From Nematocida ausubeli (lineage: Eukaryota): DNA of 64,000 nt. The translations under genes were made by a program, and so were the position numbers. The notes beneath the pieces are model-generated. The model had not been told where the DNA came from. It ran no database searches and saw only the letters and a program-made list of their open reading frames with translations. This document shows, piece by piece, positions 50,792-62,501 of this stretch. The DNA is taken from contig NW_026515634.1 of the NCBI RefSeq assembly GCF_000738915.1, positions 723,156 through 787,155 of the forward strand. Reading direction: 5' to 3'. Positions within the stretch are counted from its first letter, which is position 1, and every line of letters starts with the position of its first letter.

Positions 50792-51338
50792 TGAATTATA
50801 GTAAAATAGAGGGTTTAAGCATATATTTTCGCCTCTTATAAAGTTTCAGCTTATAGTGAACCTTTTTGTTTTGTGCTCTGCTAATTTTAATTACATGAAT
50901 AGACTGCGTCTCTAGAAGATCTTTATAATCCGAAAAATAGTGGGGTAGCAGCACGTGCCATGGCAGGATATACCAATTAATAAATTGCGCATATCTCTTG
51001 TCTTATTGTTCTGTTGCTACTCTGTTGTCTTTTCGACTCTCTTTTGGAAGTTTCTGCAGATTCTTCTGTTAAAGAGTGCAAAACAAGTTTAGACCCAGAA
51101 GCACTGACAATCTGCTGTTATACAGAAGGATCTGGTTACTATAAGGGCCTTCTGTGCAGTATATAGGAACACTAGTGAAACATAAAATATTTCATTTTTT
51201 ACACTCACTGGTGCAAAGTATTTCTGTATAAAGGTGTAATTATTTTGCAATTTAAATATGAAAAATGAAGGCTTCTAGATAAAAAAGTAAAAGCTACAGG
51301 ACAAACAATTTATTCATAGAGAAACTATTTCTAGAAAA

Positions 51339-53375
51339 TCACTTGACAATCTCTAATCTTTGCACAGGCAGTGCATACTCTATCTTCTGCTCTATGATTG
51401 CTTGCTTTAAGAACATAATGAACTTTGCCTTTCTCTGCAAGTATCCTTCATAGTTCTGCCAGTTACTTGCATGCTGCAAATAGATCTTCAGATGCAGTTT
51501 ATTCGCGTCTTCTATCCCGTGGTAGTTGAACATGAAATACGGAGAGAAGTCTTTCGGGTGCTTTTTAATGAACTTTGTTATTTCTGTCTTTAGGTGCTGG
51601 ATTTTCTCTGGAAGCGTGTCAAAGCCCACTTGGAAGACTATATTCTCTGCCATCAGCCCACTTCTTCTCACATTCACTATTGCCTTCTGCAGCAGCACGT
51701 GATTTGGTATGTATATCTTTGACCCATTCCACTCATAGAACACTGTTGAGAAGACATTCAGCTCTGACACGATCATGTTCATCTCCTCCTTATCTATCTC
51801 TATTCTTATTCTGTCCCCAATATCGTACGGGTGTATTATAAACAGAAATATCACACTGTCAATCGCATTCTTGACACTTGTCTGGAAGATAAACCCAAGA
51901 CCAAAAAAGGTTCCAAAGACCCCCTTCACCACATCATTTGCAGAGATAGTTGGGGCCAAAAGTGCAATAATTGCAAACAGGAAAATGGTTCCTGTGATAA
52001 AATGGCTCACCCGCAAGAGTGCCTTATCCATCTGCTCCAAACTCTTTTTCACTGCGTATTTTTCTCTTTTTGTTTTCTCAATGAGAGAAGAAACCTCCTT
52101 CTCTGAGAGAGACTGCGACTCAGAGAGATTCAGAAGGGAAGAAATGTGGTCTATATACTCTGGGTCAATGTACTTCTTAAGATGCTTTATCTGGAACTTT
52201 TTCTTCTCTGTTGAGAGCCAGTAGCAAATCTTCTCTGCTTTCTTTGTTGACTCGTGCTTTATATCAGGTATTCCCCTATCCACGTGGTATATCTTTAAGT
52301 TCATCATCTTCTCAAATTCCTTGAAGATGATCATTTTTTGCTTTATGTCTGAGAGGTCATTCAGTGCAGGATTTAGTGTCTTTGGCTTAAAGTACGCAAT
52401 GTCATCAAACTCTTCGTTATTGTCGTTTGCTTCAGTGCCTTCATTATTATCTGCCTGAGTGAGATTATTATTTCTATCTGGCTGAGTGTCATCTACTCTA
52501 CTAAGAGTGCTTGGATCATTTGCATTTCCTGGGTTCTCAATGCGAGATGCACTTCCTGTGCTGCTGGGGACAGGAGTGCCTGCAGGATTTCTCTCTGCTG
52601 TGCTTGAGTGCCTCTCCCGGACTGTCCCTCTCTCACTTGCTCTGGTTGTGTTGTTTGTGTCCTTGAACATCCAGTACTTCTTCCTTCCACTTTTCAATGC
52701 TTTAATTCGCTTCTTCACAACTTCCAGTGTCCTAATGAACTGGTGCTCCCACAAGCACTTCTGTATTCTTATGAGGTAGTTGCTGTGATTGAAACCCATT
52801 CTGACTTTCTTCACAAAAATATCCTTGCTCAGGATGACAAGCAGTGATAAACAGCAGGTTGTCAGGACCTGCTCCAGCCCAATTATGTGAGTACTTTTTA
52901 GCTTATAATCCAGATCATTTATCTTCATGTACAAAATGCTCATTATAATTACTATTATGCTAGAGACAAGACTTGTCACATTGTTCGTGTAAAATAGCAC
53001 TAATATCAAAATATCTCTATTTAACAGATAACCCGTCACATAATACAGAAATACATCAATAATCGTATAAGATAACACTGCTATGCACAGCAGGGAAATA
53101 ATATACGATAGATTTACGGTAATTTGAGTGCTATTATTATACAGTGTTATAGCTGTGTCTATATTACAGTAAAGTATAACATACTTAACAATAAATAGTA
53201 ATAATGATAGTAAGAACAGAGAATAATAGTAGAGAGAGACTTCTTTAAGAGATAGCATCTTATTATAAAATCTATCATACATTGTGTACTTAATTATGAT
53301 CTCTTCATTATCATCGCAGATGCTTTCGGATGTGCTATTAGATATATCATGAGACTCTTCTTCAGACACTGCCAT
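51339..53375 (-). CDS. Eukaryotic-type MscS-like mechanosensitive channel
   Basis: Multi-transmembrane N-terminus; IFLFIIHPYDIGDRI, KIYIPNHVLLQKAIVNVRRS. Confidence 0.92.
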   Translation of the reverse strand: MAVSEEESHDISNSTSESICDDNEEIIIKYTMYDRFYNKMLSLKEVSLYYYSLFLLSLLLFIVKYVILYCNIDTAITLYNNSTQITVNLSYIISLLCIAVLSYTIIDVFLYYVTGYLLNRDILILVLFYTNNVTSLVSSIIVIIMSILYMKINDLDYKLKSTHIIGLEQVLTTCCLSLLVILSKDIFVKKVRMGFNHSNYLIRIQKCLWEHQFIRTLEVVKKRIKALKSGRKKYWMFKDTNNTTRASERGTVRERHSSTAERNPAGTPVPSSTGSASRIENPGNANDPSTLSRVDDTQPDRNNNLTQADNNEGTEANDNNEEFDDIAYFKPKTLNPALNDLSDIKQKMIIFKEFEKMMNLKIYHVDRGIPDIKHESTKKAEKICYWLSTEKKKFQIKHLKKYIDPEYIDHISSLLNLSESQSLSEKEVSSLIEKTKREKYAVKKSLEQMDKALLRVSHFITGTIFLFAIIALLAPTISANDVVKGVFGTFFGLGFIFQTSVKNAIDSVIFLFIIHPYDIGDRIRIEIDKEEMNMIVSELNVFSTVFYEWNGSKIYIPNHVLLQKAIVNVRRSGLMAENIVFQVGFDTLPEKIQHLKTEITKFIKKHPKDFSPYFMFNYHGIEDANKLHLKIYLQHASNWQNYEGYLQRKAKFIMFLKQAIIEQKIEYALPVQRLEIVK

Positions 53376-54400
53376 AACAAAATAAAATAAAATAATAATA
53401 AATAGAAATGATTATAAATAATATTACTTCTGGTTAAATTGGCCTGGGGGCAAGTGAGAGTGCACTCTAGTGAATTAAGTGTTTTTTTGGCTTATCTTTG
53501 GATATCCTGGTGCTTGAAAAATAAAATAATTTGAGGGCCCTGGGTGCCTTCTGTTTGTGTGAATTTCAGGTGGCTGTCTACCCTGAGATTTCCAGTGTGA
53601 AAATTACAGATATTTAATTCTTGTTATTTTTAGTGTATACAGTATATGTGGCTGAGTGCATGGGTTACAGTGTATATTTAGTGTTTGTTTGTGTAATATA
53701 AGAGTCTTTATAGGTATACTAGAAGTATTCAGAATATTTTTATTTAAGTGATGTTTGAGTGTTTGCTGCAAGCGCAAGAAAGAGCCAAAAACAGTGAAAA
53801 ACAAGCACTACAGAAGGAGCCACGGTATATATATAAAGAAGGGCACTCGCACTATGTAACAAGAGATGTGTCTCTTACTGAAATACTGCAAATTAAAAGG
53901 GAAAATAGTTCTTAAGCAGTAGATGAGAAGTATCCAATGACTGCAAATATTCTGTGCACTTCTTCTTGGGCTTTCTTTCACTCTGGGATAAATTATGGTG
54001 ATTTCTTCTGAGCTGGAAGTTTGCTGTCTATTTGAATATTTTTGGAGTATTCTGCTGTTTCTTCTATTTTTATTTGAGTGTGCATGAGAGTGCACTAATA
54101 CATTATTAAACACTGCATATTACATCTGTCTTAGAAGGCTCTTATTTGGGCTGGATTTCTTTAGTAGACGCATCGATAAACAGCGACTTTTTAAGGCCCT
54201 GGAATGAAAAGTCTTCAATTAGGGATACGCAGTTGAAAAGTAAAGGATTTCCAGCTAGAAATATCATGAGTATACGATAGAACAGACACTTTTATAGAGG
54301 GCAAGTGAAGGATAGGATATTTCCTGTCTAGACTTTCAGATAACTTGCAGATATATTTTCTGATCTTCTGCTATCTCTTGCAGTATCACTATAGACCTAC

Positions 54401-55672
54401 TTATTTATTGCTGATTTCCTCTAGTATTTGGGTGTACTTTAGTGCTAGCTCTGTTATAATTTGCATATTTAGCAATAATTTCCGGTTACTAATAAGAATT
54501 GCACTAAGAAGGCTTCTATGAATGTCCTTTACAATTGCATTTTTTTGCTTGAGATATTCTTCTCTCTTAATTAGTATTCCGCTGTAAACCCTTTCCATTC
54601 TCTTTTCCTGGTGGTTGTATACTTTCCCTATATAAGGAATGCTTCCTATTCCACTTATGCTGTACTTAATTGAGTCTGTTTCTTGCAGATATATGCTATC
54701 TTGGGGTATATCCCTTAGTGTAAACAGTCTATATTCTTTACTATCTGGGTCTTGTGCATTTTCTATGTCTATTGTCTGCCACGGGGCGTATAGAAGTACT
54801 TTTCCTTCTGTACTGCTATTAATTACAGGTATTTTTGGCTTTCCGCTTGTTTCTATTATTCTGTATGGGACAGTTTCACTTGGGATAGTTTTGTTGCGCT
54901 GCCACAGCTCATTTTGCGTCAGTAGCTTGTGTATGTGTGATATGGGGTATATTCTGAGTGCTGCCTTTTTCTGCACTTTTGATTTATTCGTGTGCCGTTG
55001 TGTTTTGTCCTTTATCTCCCCTACATGTCCTATTTCCCGGGGGTAGACAACGTATCTTCTGCTTTCTGGCTCTATTCTATAGAAGGGGTGGGTGTTTCCT
55101 TCCTGTCTGTTTGTAGGCAGGGTGTGCAGAGTCTTCCAGTCGTGCTCATGAAAATAACTGTTATTTTTCGCATTACTGCGGGGTATAACAGTGCTGATGG
55201 CTGCATTTATTGTATTTGTTGTGTATACGGTGTGATTAATTACCGTTCCAAAAGAGTCAACTGAAACATGAATGAATTTTGTTTTTGTGACTAAACTATC
55301 CGTTATAACTGCTTTTCCAGACAGAATTTCCAGAGATTCTTCATAAAACAAGTCAGTTACTGATATTTTATAAACTATCCTGCAAAGAATCCCTGCTTCT
55401 GATAGATCTTTGAATAGTGCAAGACGATCTAATTTGTCTCTTCTATTAGGGTTTTCGTATTTTTCCTTCTGCTTCTCTCGCATGTACGTGTTAAAAGGGG
55501 ATTCATGCAGGGGTGGTTTGAATTCTACATGAGATATCAGAGAAAGAGCCTTTTTAAGTGCAAATGACAATATGCAAATAGCCATGCACGTGGAAACATT
55601 CTTCTTTTTCTGCTGCGGGGTGGTATCAACACTACTTCTGTCCTCTTCGCTTGAGAAGTATTCCATAAACAT
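54401..55672 (-). CDS. Hypothetical protein
   Basis: 423-aa ATG-initiated ORF; no motif recognised. Confidence 0.7.
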   Translation of the reverse strand: MFMEYFSSEEDRSSVDTTPQQKKKNVSTCMAICILSFALKKALSLISHVEFKPPLHESPFNTYMREKQKEKYENPNRRDKLDRLALFKDLSEAGILCRIVYKISVTDLFYEESLEILSGKAVITDSLVTKTKFIHVSVDSFGTVINHTVYTTNTINAAISTVIPRSNAKNNSYFHEHDWKTLHTLPTNRQEGNTHPFYRIEPESRRYVVYPREIGHVGEIKDKTQRHTNKSKVQKKAALRIYPISHIHKLLTQNELWQRNKTIPSETVPYRIIETSGKPKIPVINSSTEGKVLLYAPWQTIDIENAQDPDSKEYRLFTLRDIPQDSIYLQETDSIKYSISGIGSIPYIGKVYNHQEKRMERVYSGILIKREEYLKQKNAIVKDIHRSLLSAILISNRKLLLNMQIITELALKYTQILEEISNK

Positions 55673-55864
55673 TTAAAATATTTCGGGCTTATAACCATGC
55701 GCATGCACAGAGAATGCAGTCAAATAAGTAAGAATAACGTACCTGAAGCTAATAATTTGAAAACCAAACAGATTTAAGAAAATGCATTTATTTATCAGAT
55801 TTCCCTTAGATATCCCTAACAAGAATAGATTTTATTGTGAAAGTACAGTCTAGACTAATAGACT

Positions 55865-57562
55865 TCACTCTGCAGAATCTTTTTTCAGGTTATAATGCCT
55901 TTTTTTTGATATCTTTCCACTATTTTCTCGCACTAAATATGATCCATCTCTGCACTCTTCCAGTATTATTCCTTCTGATATACATCCTACTGCATACTTA
56001 TTTCCTTGCATTTCTGAGCCCCCATCCTCAAATATTCCCACTTTTTCGCCTTTTTTAAATTCTTCCAGTTTGCTCTTTTTAAATTGTTCTGTGCACGCGT
56101 TCTCTTTGATGTCAATTTCATCAAACTCTTCAGAGCTATTCATCCATGCTGTATTTGGAGAGCAGTTTGCCACACTGTAGAATCTGCTGTTGTATCTTTC
56201 TTCGATTATTTTCAGTGCGTCTTCCAGGCTTTCACTTTCTTTCATTTCTGCCCATAATTCTCTTATTATTCTGGCTGCTCTGAGCATTCTTAGATTCTTG
56301 CTGTACAGTTCCTTCAAGCCTATCTTTCTGTGTAATATCCCACTTCTTGCAAAATATCTTTGGGTTTCTTCTTCCACTAGTTCTGTCATGCAAGGAGATA
56401 TTATTTCTTCAGGTTTTCCTCTTCTTTTTATCCACTCTTCAACGACTTTTTTTATATCCCGCACATTCATTTTTTCAACTGCCCTAGCCTGCATCACTCT
56501 TGTGTAGTGGTCTACCATCACTATAATAGATTTATTTTCCTTTGCTTCATCAAGTACGCACAGTATCACCTTCTCCAATTTTCTTTTGGTCACCACATAC
56601 TCAGTGACACTCTTTGGTCCACTACTATTCTCCGAGCACTTTTCGCAATTATTTACAGCCTGCACTGCATCACCCCATATGCCCTTCCAGCACTTTCCCA
56701 TATCCATTATGATGCACTTCTTTATTTGCTCTGCTGTTGCATGCATTTTCTCCAAATGCACTCTTTCCACTAACTCTTTTCTTTCAACCCACTCAGGCAC
56801 TTCTCTTTTTAATCCATCCTTGCATATAGTGTACTTTTTATCCTTCTCTCCATCCACTGTCTTATTTGGAATTTCATTTATCTCTTCTTTAGTCTTCGCA
56901 GGGTAGTGAATATTTCTATCTCCTGTGCTCAGGCTTCTGCTTCCCCTTCTATACCAGCAGGCTACTGTCTTGTGGCCTTTCTTTCCACAAGTGTAGCACT
57001 CCATGTCCATTTTATTCTGGTCATCCATCTCGTCCAATATTCTTCCTATTCTTTCTTTAGATAATCTCTCTTGCTCCTTTTTCTTTGAATTTTCAAATAG
57101 TTCATTCCTTCTTTCTCTTGTCTCTTCGTTATTTTTCTTTTCTTCTTCTTTTTCCTTTTGCATCTTTCTCTCTTGTAATTCACTATCTTTCTGTGCTTTC
57201 TTTTCTTCTGCATCCTGTTTCTCTCTTGTTTCAATTACTTTCATCTCTATCATGTACCGGATGAGTCTGTCTATGCCATCCAGCTGCACTCCCTTTATTC
57301 CTAGTTCTTCCTTCAAAAGTCCTTTGTACGCCTGCCATTGCTTCTCATTTCTGAATTCTTGATCATTTATTAGCTCTCTCTTTAATTTTTTGCTTTTCTC
57401 TCCCCAGGTGGTTTCCAGAACTGCAAGCTCCATCCATCTGCTCCATCTCTTATTTATGCTTTGCTTTTCTTCCGCTTCTACTCTTGCCATTAAATTATTA
57501 AACCTAGTCTCTTCTACACTATTATACTGGGTGTCATATAGACTGTTGTTACTTAAATGCAT
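55865..57562 (-). CDS. LTR-retrotransposon-derived Gag zinc-knuckle/integrase-like fusion protein
   Basis: CYTCGKKGHKTVAC (CX2CX4HX4C); integrase HHCC domain (VHLEKMH...CEKC); rve-like IIVMVDHYTR, GKPEEIIS, GILHR, YNSRFYS...SP; C-terminal GEKV...Y.V. No protease, RT or RNase H. Confidence 0.8.
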   Translation of the reverse strand: MHLSNNSLYDTQYNSVEETRFNNLMARVEAEEKQSINKRWSRWMELAVLETTWGEKSKKLKRELINDQEFRNEKQWQAYKGLLKEELGIKGVQLDGIDRLIRYMIEMKVIETREKQDAEEKKAQKDSELQERKMQKEKEEEKKNNEETRERRNELFENSKKKEQERLSKERIGRILDEMDDQNKMDMECYTCGKKGHKTVACWYRRGSRSLSTGDRNIHYPAKTKEEINEIPNKTVDGEKDKKYTICKDGLKREVPEWVERKELVERVHLEKMHATAEQIKKCIIMDMGKCWKGIWGDAVQAVNNCEKCSENSSGPKSVTEYVVTKRKLEKVILCVLDEAKENKSIIVMVDHYTRVMQARAVEKMNVRDIKKVVEEWIKRRGKPEEIISPCMTELVEEETQRYFARSGILHRKIGLKELYSKNLRMLRAARIIRELWAEMKESESLEDALKIIEERYNSRFYSVANCSPNTAWMNSSEEFDEIDIKENACTEQFKKSKLEEFKKGEKVGIFEDGGSEMQGNKYAVGCISEGIILEECRDGSYLVRENSGKISKKRHYNLKKDSAE

Positions 57563-57981
57563 GGTTTATTAAATTTTTCACTATTTATACTTTAACCTGC
57601 TGCATGCCCACGGACTCTCATGCACTGGGATTATTTATCGTGAAAAATAGCAGAATCTACAGAAGGCCACAAATGAAGTAATTATTAGATGAATTTCAAG
57701 ATGCATGAATGAATAGTATAAAAATACCATAGATATGCCTATTTATACAAGAAGACAGTGATAATATACTGGTCTTATGGTATTTCTTGTTTTTAGGCTT
57801 ATTTTGTGGCTTTATCCTTATTTATTTCTTATTTCTTCTTGTGCAGTAGAATAATATTAAGCAACAGATGAAGTACTTTTTCTAAATAACTTATGTACTC
57901 TGGAGACCAAGGAAGCCGTAGATGCCAATCTTATGATTGAAAGTATAAATTCTATTGTAGATTAAATTTAAAAAGAATAGT

Positions 57982-59421
57982 ATGGAAGTAGAACCCATTT
58001 TTAAAAGCAATGAATATGACAAAAGACCTTATAAATATGCTAGAATGCATTTATCCAAGCGTAATATCATGTTCTCTATAGATTATAGAAATATCTTCTG
58101 TGGATCCACTTGTCCTTCTGGATTTCCATCTTCTATGGGCGACAAAAAGAACAAGATTCAGAAGTCTTTGTGCATATCGATTTTATCAGTCCTTGCATTT
58201 GTATTGTGCTTATTACAAGCAGATGCATATGTTTCTGCAGCTGCAAATCCAAGTGAAGGAAATGGGCTTTGCACAGAGTCAAGTGGAAACTTGGAAGCCA
58301 TGAAAATTAGAGCAGAGCAGGGTGCCATAAAGAAAACCCCAAGGATTTCTAGAAAAAAGACGAAAGCACAGAAGAACTTGGATAGTTCTGATAGTACAGA
58401 CAGTGAGAGCAAAGAGACAATCCTTGCAGAAAACAAGCAGAAACGAAAAATGCGTGAAAGAGATGCATTGCTAGAGTTCAAAATAGAAGAGCCAAAGGAA
58501 ATCGCAGAGAATAATGTAGATTTATGCTTAGACCCACCTAAAGAGCCAGATTACAGGTATCCATGCAGGGAAAAGTTATTGCAAGATTTTGAAGTCCGGA
58601 AAGAAATGCTTGATGGCTTGGAAGAGTGCATGGCAGCAGCAAAGGAAAAGTTCAATGCACAGAATAAAGAGCTGTTAAGATTGAATAAAGAAATGTACAA
58701 GAAAAAGGGCATTTATGATGGGAGCATAGAAATTCTAGAAAGTGTGTACTTAGAGGCATCTATAGAGATGAGTAAACACAATGACAATGTAGACAGAATA
58801 CAGGAAGCAATAGAATTAGTTAGTGATTTCAGTAGAAAACTCACAAGTACAACAAAAAAATTACCAAAAGAACATGAAGATCTTGTGAATAAGATAGAAC
58901 AACTGCCTTTGCATATATATGTACCATGCAAGGACTCAGAGAACTCAGAAGGCATATCTCCAGAAAGTCAAAATAATTTAATGCTAGCCTACCCTACTGT
59001 AGAAAGTATAGACGAAACACCAGAAGCATATATGGAGTATATAATAAAAATTGCAACAGAAACAGAACAGAAAGAATTAAGTCTAGTAGATTATTTACAG
59101 GATATAAAGAGCATTATTGAGTCTATATATTCAGTAGAAATAATAAAGACGGCAAACATAAGAAGCCAAAAGAAGACAATCAACAGAGGTATAGAATTAA
59201 AGCGTAAAATAAGAGTTTTAGAGAATGGAGTTAAAATATTAAAAAGTCTATCTAAAAAGCATAGAGCCCTTATATATCTAGCCAGTGACAGTATGAGCAT
59301 TGCAAAGGATATATCTGCAGTCTATGAAGAATACAATGAGAAAAGTAAAAGTATAGAAGTGAATGATTCCTATTTAAATCAGGCAGCTAGAATCTTAGAG
59401 AAATACCTAGAGTGCGAATAA
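57982..59421 (+). CDS. Hypothetical coiled-coil protein with a hydrophobic segment near the N-terminus
   Basis: 479-aa ORF; LCISILSVLAFVLCLLQADA may be a signal peptide if a downstream Met is the start. Confidence 0.75.
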   Translation: MEVEPIFKSNEYDKRPYKYARMHLSKRNIMFSIDYRNIFCGSTCPSGFPSSMGDKKNKIQKSLCISILSVLAFVLCLLQADAYVSAAANPSEGNGLCTESSGNLEAMKIRAEQGAIKKTPRISRKKTKAQKNLDSSDSTDSESKETILAENKQKRKMRERDALLEFKIEEPKEIAENNVDLCLDPPKEPDYRYPCREKLLQDFEVRKEMLDGLEECMAAAKEKFNAQNKELLRLNKEMYKKKGIYDGSIEILESVYLEASIEMSKHNDNVDRIQEAIELVSDFSRKLTSTTKKLPKEHEDLVNKIEQLPLHIYVPCKDSENSEGISPESQNNLMLAYPTVESIDETPEAYMEYIIKIATETEQKELSLVDYLQDIKSIIESIYSVEIIKTANIRSQKKTINRGIELKRKIRVLENGVKILKSLSKKHRALIYLASDSMSIAKDISAVYEEYNEKSKSIEVNDSYLNQAARILEKYLECE

Positions 59422-59791
59422 CCATGTTATACGTACTTTATTTCCTCTTTGAATAGTATTAGTAAATATAATATTTCGAGTTTTGTTCCAAGCGTACTTC
59501 TCTTAGCATACTTAAATTCTCCTATTTTTCACTCTTTATTTCTTCTGTATAGGCAGCTAGGAATTAATTTATCAGTAATACGTAACTAGCAATAAGCAAG
59601 ATATACAGCAGCATATTGTGCTGTATACGTGTATTTATGCTGTATATTCAACAGGAATACGTATATACTTATTTTTATGCGATATAAATCGTAGTAACTT
59701 TGAATAATCTTATCTAATTGAGTGAATTATTAAATATAACAATATGATTGCTTGCTTATATTAGTCTATTTGCCAAAGAAATATTATTCAA

Positions 59792-61666
59792 ATGACAAAG
59801 AGACAGAAGAATTTTATCCTAGAATTTTCTAGACTACTTATATGCATAACTTATTTCCTTGGGGCAGAAGTATATATTATGGCTGCTCATGGCAGTCGCA
59901 GGAATATTGCAGGGCCAAGTGCTTTGCCTTTTCAAGCGAATTCAATGCACAATCTAGCAAAAGAAGTGGAAAGACTCAGTCGCGCGCGTAGAAAAAACAT
60001 ACTTGCAGACAATAAGCTAAATATTAAGCATGAAAGAACTGAAAGTCCTTGTGATGGGATCTGCCCAAGAGAGAAGCTTAAAAGGATATCCACACAAAAA
60101 GAACGCCCAAATCCTGCTAAAACCCATTTAGATTTCGATTCTGACTACGACCTGCAAGAGATAGAAGAGTATTATAAAGTACCAGCGAACCCATTTGCTT
60201 CATTTATAGACCAGCTCCTGAAGAATGAAAGTTTTAATGGAAATAGACAGACTGCATCTGATTTAGTCCCTTCTGATGAAAAGAGCTTAATAATTCATCC
60301 TCAGCACGCGTCCTTTCAAAAGGAAAAAAATTCAAGCACAATATTCCATAACAGAATACAAAAAGTAGCATCCTCTCTTATAGGCAAAGACGTAGATGAA
60401 AAAGGCAAATTTAACTATTACTCAAGTCCCAGCATAAAATCTGCACAAGAAGAATCTGCTGCAATGAGCTGTTCTGAGGGTACAGTTTCTGACTTTTCAG
60501 TTAGAACCTGTCTTCTCTCTTATAGAGCAGGCCTATACGAGCATCCAGTACAAAACAGTAGTCTAAGCACATATTCAGCAAGTTTGAATAGTGATTCGCG
60601 CTCAGATATAACCCGAAGCGCAAAGAAAAAACTCTCTGATAGAACTGTCCCCAGAAGCAAAGCAAATGATCCAGTAGATATCCCCATAGAGTCAATGGGC
60701 ACTCATTCCCCAGCCAACTACATAATACCCATGAATGTTAAGAATAATTACAAAGAACTAGAAAATCTTTTTATAGAAGAAATAAGCCAAAACCCTCCTG
60801 AGTGGAGATCTCTTTTATTCGCAGTAAATCAATGGAAGGAGGAAATTAAAAAGAACAATGCTTTGGCAGAAGTAGACTGCATATTTGAGGAGAAAAAGTT
60901 AGAAGAAGCTAAGATACAAATATGTTTAGTGGGTTCTGAGTATAATCAAAAAAGAAAAGAATTTGAGGATATTTATGCAGAGATGCAGTCTATAGCGACA
61001 TGCTATTTCGAAAAATGGCAAACCTCAAAGAACATTATAATGGAAATCAAAAATGACATATCTTATAACTGCGGTGATATATTATCCATACCACAAGGCG
61101 ATAATTACAACTATAAAATAACCAAAGAGTCCATTAGTCTCATTAATGCAGAGGTAATGCCGATAATTCGTACTATGCAGGAAGCTACAGATTTATGCAG
61201 CAAGAAGATTAGTGAATTGAAAAAACTAGAAGAAAATGCAGATAAAACCTTGAATGGAAATATATATTACCTAGGGGGCCTTATAGCTGCTCAAAAGGCT
61301 GATATGTCACGGATTAAACTATCAATAAAGTCCTTTGACCTTCTCAACACTAAAGGGAGTCTATTAGGGTGTTTGAGAAAACTGGAGCTAGAGCATGCAG
61401 AGAGACTAAAAAAGAATGTGGATTTGGCTGAAAGAAGAATGTCACTTCATAAGAGATATATAGCGAATTTAAAGGATCTTGTTATTATATTAGAGAATCT
61501 TCATAATACTATGGCGATTTCTGAGCCAATTCTAAAGAGTCTAACTAATATAGCTATAAAATTCTATGCACTAAAAAAAGTAGAATATATTTACACAGAA
61601 TCTCTAACAACCATTAAAGCGAAGCTAAATAAAGCGGAGCCAAATAAAGCGAAGAAGTCCAAATAG
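59792..61666 (+). CDS. Hypothetical coiled-coil protein with N-terminal hydrophobic segment
   Basis: 624-aa ORF; Ser-rich middle region and heptad-rich C-terminal half. Confidence 0.75.
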   Translation: MTKRQKNFILEFSRLLICITYFLGAEVYIMAAHGSRRNIAGPSALPFQANSMHNLAKEVERLSRARRKNILADNKLNIKHERTESPCDGICPREKLKRISTQKERPNPAKTHLDFDSDYDLQEIEEYYKVPANPFASFIDQLLKNESFNGNRQTASDLVPSDEKSLIIHPQHASFQKEKNSSTIFHNRIQKVASSLIGKDVDEKGKFNYYSSPSIKSAQEESAAMSCSEGTVSDFSVRTCLLSYRAGLYEHPVQNSSLSTYSASLNSDSRSDITRSAKKKLSDRTVPRSKANDPVDIPIESMGTHSPANYIIPMNVKNNYKELENLFIEEISQNPPEWRSLLFAVNQWKEEIKKNNALAEVDCIFEEKKLEEAKIQICLVGSEYNQKRKEFEDIYAEMQSIATCYFEKWQTSKNIIMEIKNDISYNCGDILSIPQGDNYNYKITKESISLINAEVMPIIRTMQEATDLCSKKISELKKLEENADKTLNGNIYYLGGLIAAQKADMSRIKLSIKSFDLLNTKGSLLGCLRKLELEHAERLKKNVDLAERRMSLHKRYIANLKDLVIILENLHNTMAISEPILKSLTNIAIKFYALKKVEYIYTESLTTIKAKLNKAEPNKAKKSK

Positions 61667-62501
61667 TCATATAAGAGGCGTCAACTGTGCACCGTATAAA
61701 AGAATGCTTTATTAATCTAAGAATTATTTCTTAAGAAATTCCAAGTAATAAATCTATATACGCTAATACTTGCACATTGCAGATTCTTTAAGCTTAGCTT
61801 TAATTTTCGCATGTAAATGGGTGTGCTTGCAAAAAGCCTTTAATGAACAGTAAAAAGACTGCTACCACTCAGCACTAGCTGGTTATTTAATGGTAAAATA
61901 TGCTGTTTTACGGTTAATTCAGGCTATATCACTATACTATCAGTGATAATCCAGTCAGATGAAATATCAGGTCATACAGGTTCATTTTGTTCTCTATTTG
62001 CTTCTCTCTTAGTTCAGGTTATATATGCATAAGAGACTCTCTGTGTAGTTAAACCATTAATGGTTCTTGAAATAGTTCCTTATTTTGGATTTTTTATTCC
62101 TTTGCTTTAAAATATGCAATTCATTCAGTAAAACAAATTGAATACGCAGTGAAGCGTACACTTTATTTTTGCATTCTTAAAAGCAAAGAATAATCCATAA
62201 AGAAAGATCTACTAAATAATTTCTGTTAAACACTTCTAGACAATCTATTGAAGAAATCTCCATAGATGCGTATAAACATTACATAATATGCAGTACTCAG
62301 TAAGAATTTACTACTTGACAAGCAAGATATGCCTTTCTATCCTAAATACTGCCTAATAACATCTGTTTACCACAATTTATGCCCTTTCTGCTACTAAAAT
62401 ACTGCAGATTAAGCCCATCTGCTGCCTGCTTTCTCGAATTATTAATCAAGCCACCTCATATATCAATAATTAACCTTATAGGAATTCGCAAATAATATTT
62501 T

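Noticed and set aside
53420..53560. U1 snRNA-like hints (ATAATTTG followed by a hairpin, TGCACTC)
   Set aside because: No ATACTTACCTG 5' end and no recognisable stem-loop I. An Infernal/Rfam search would be needed.
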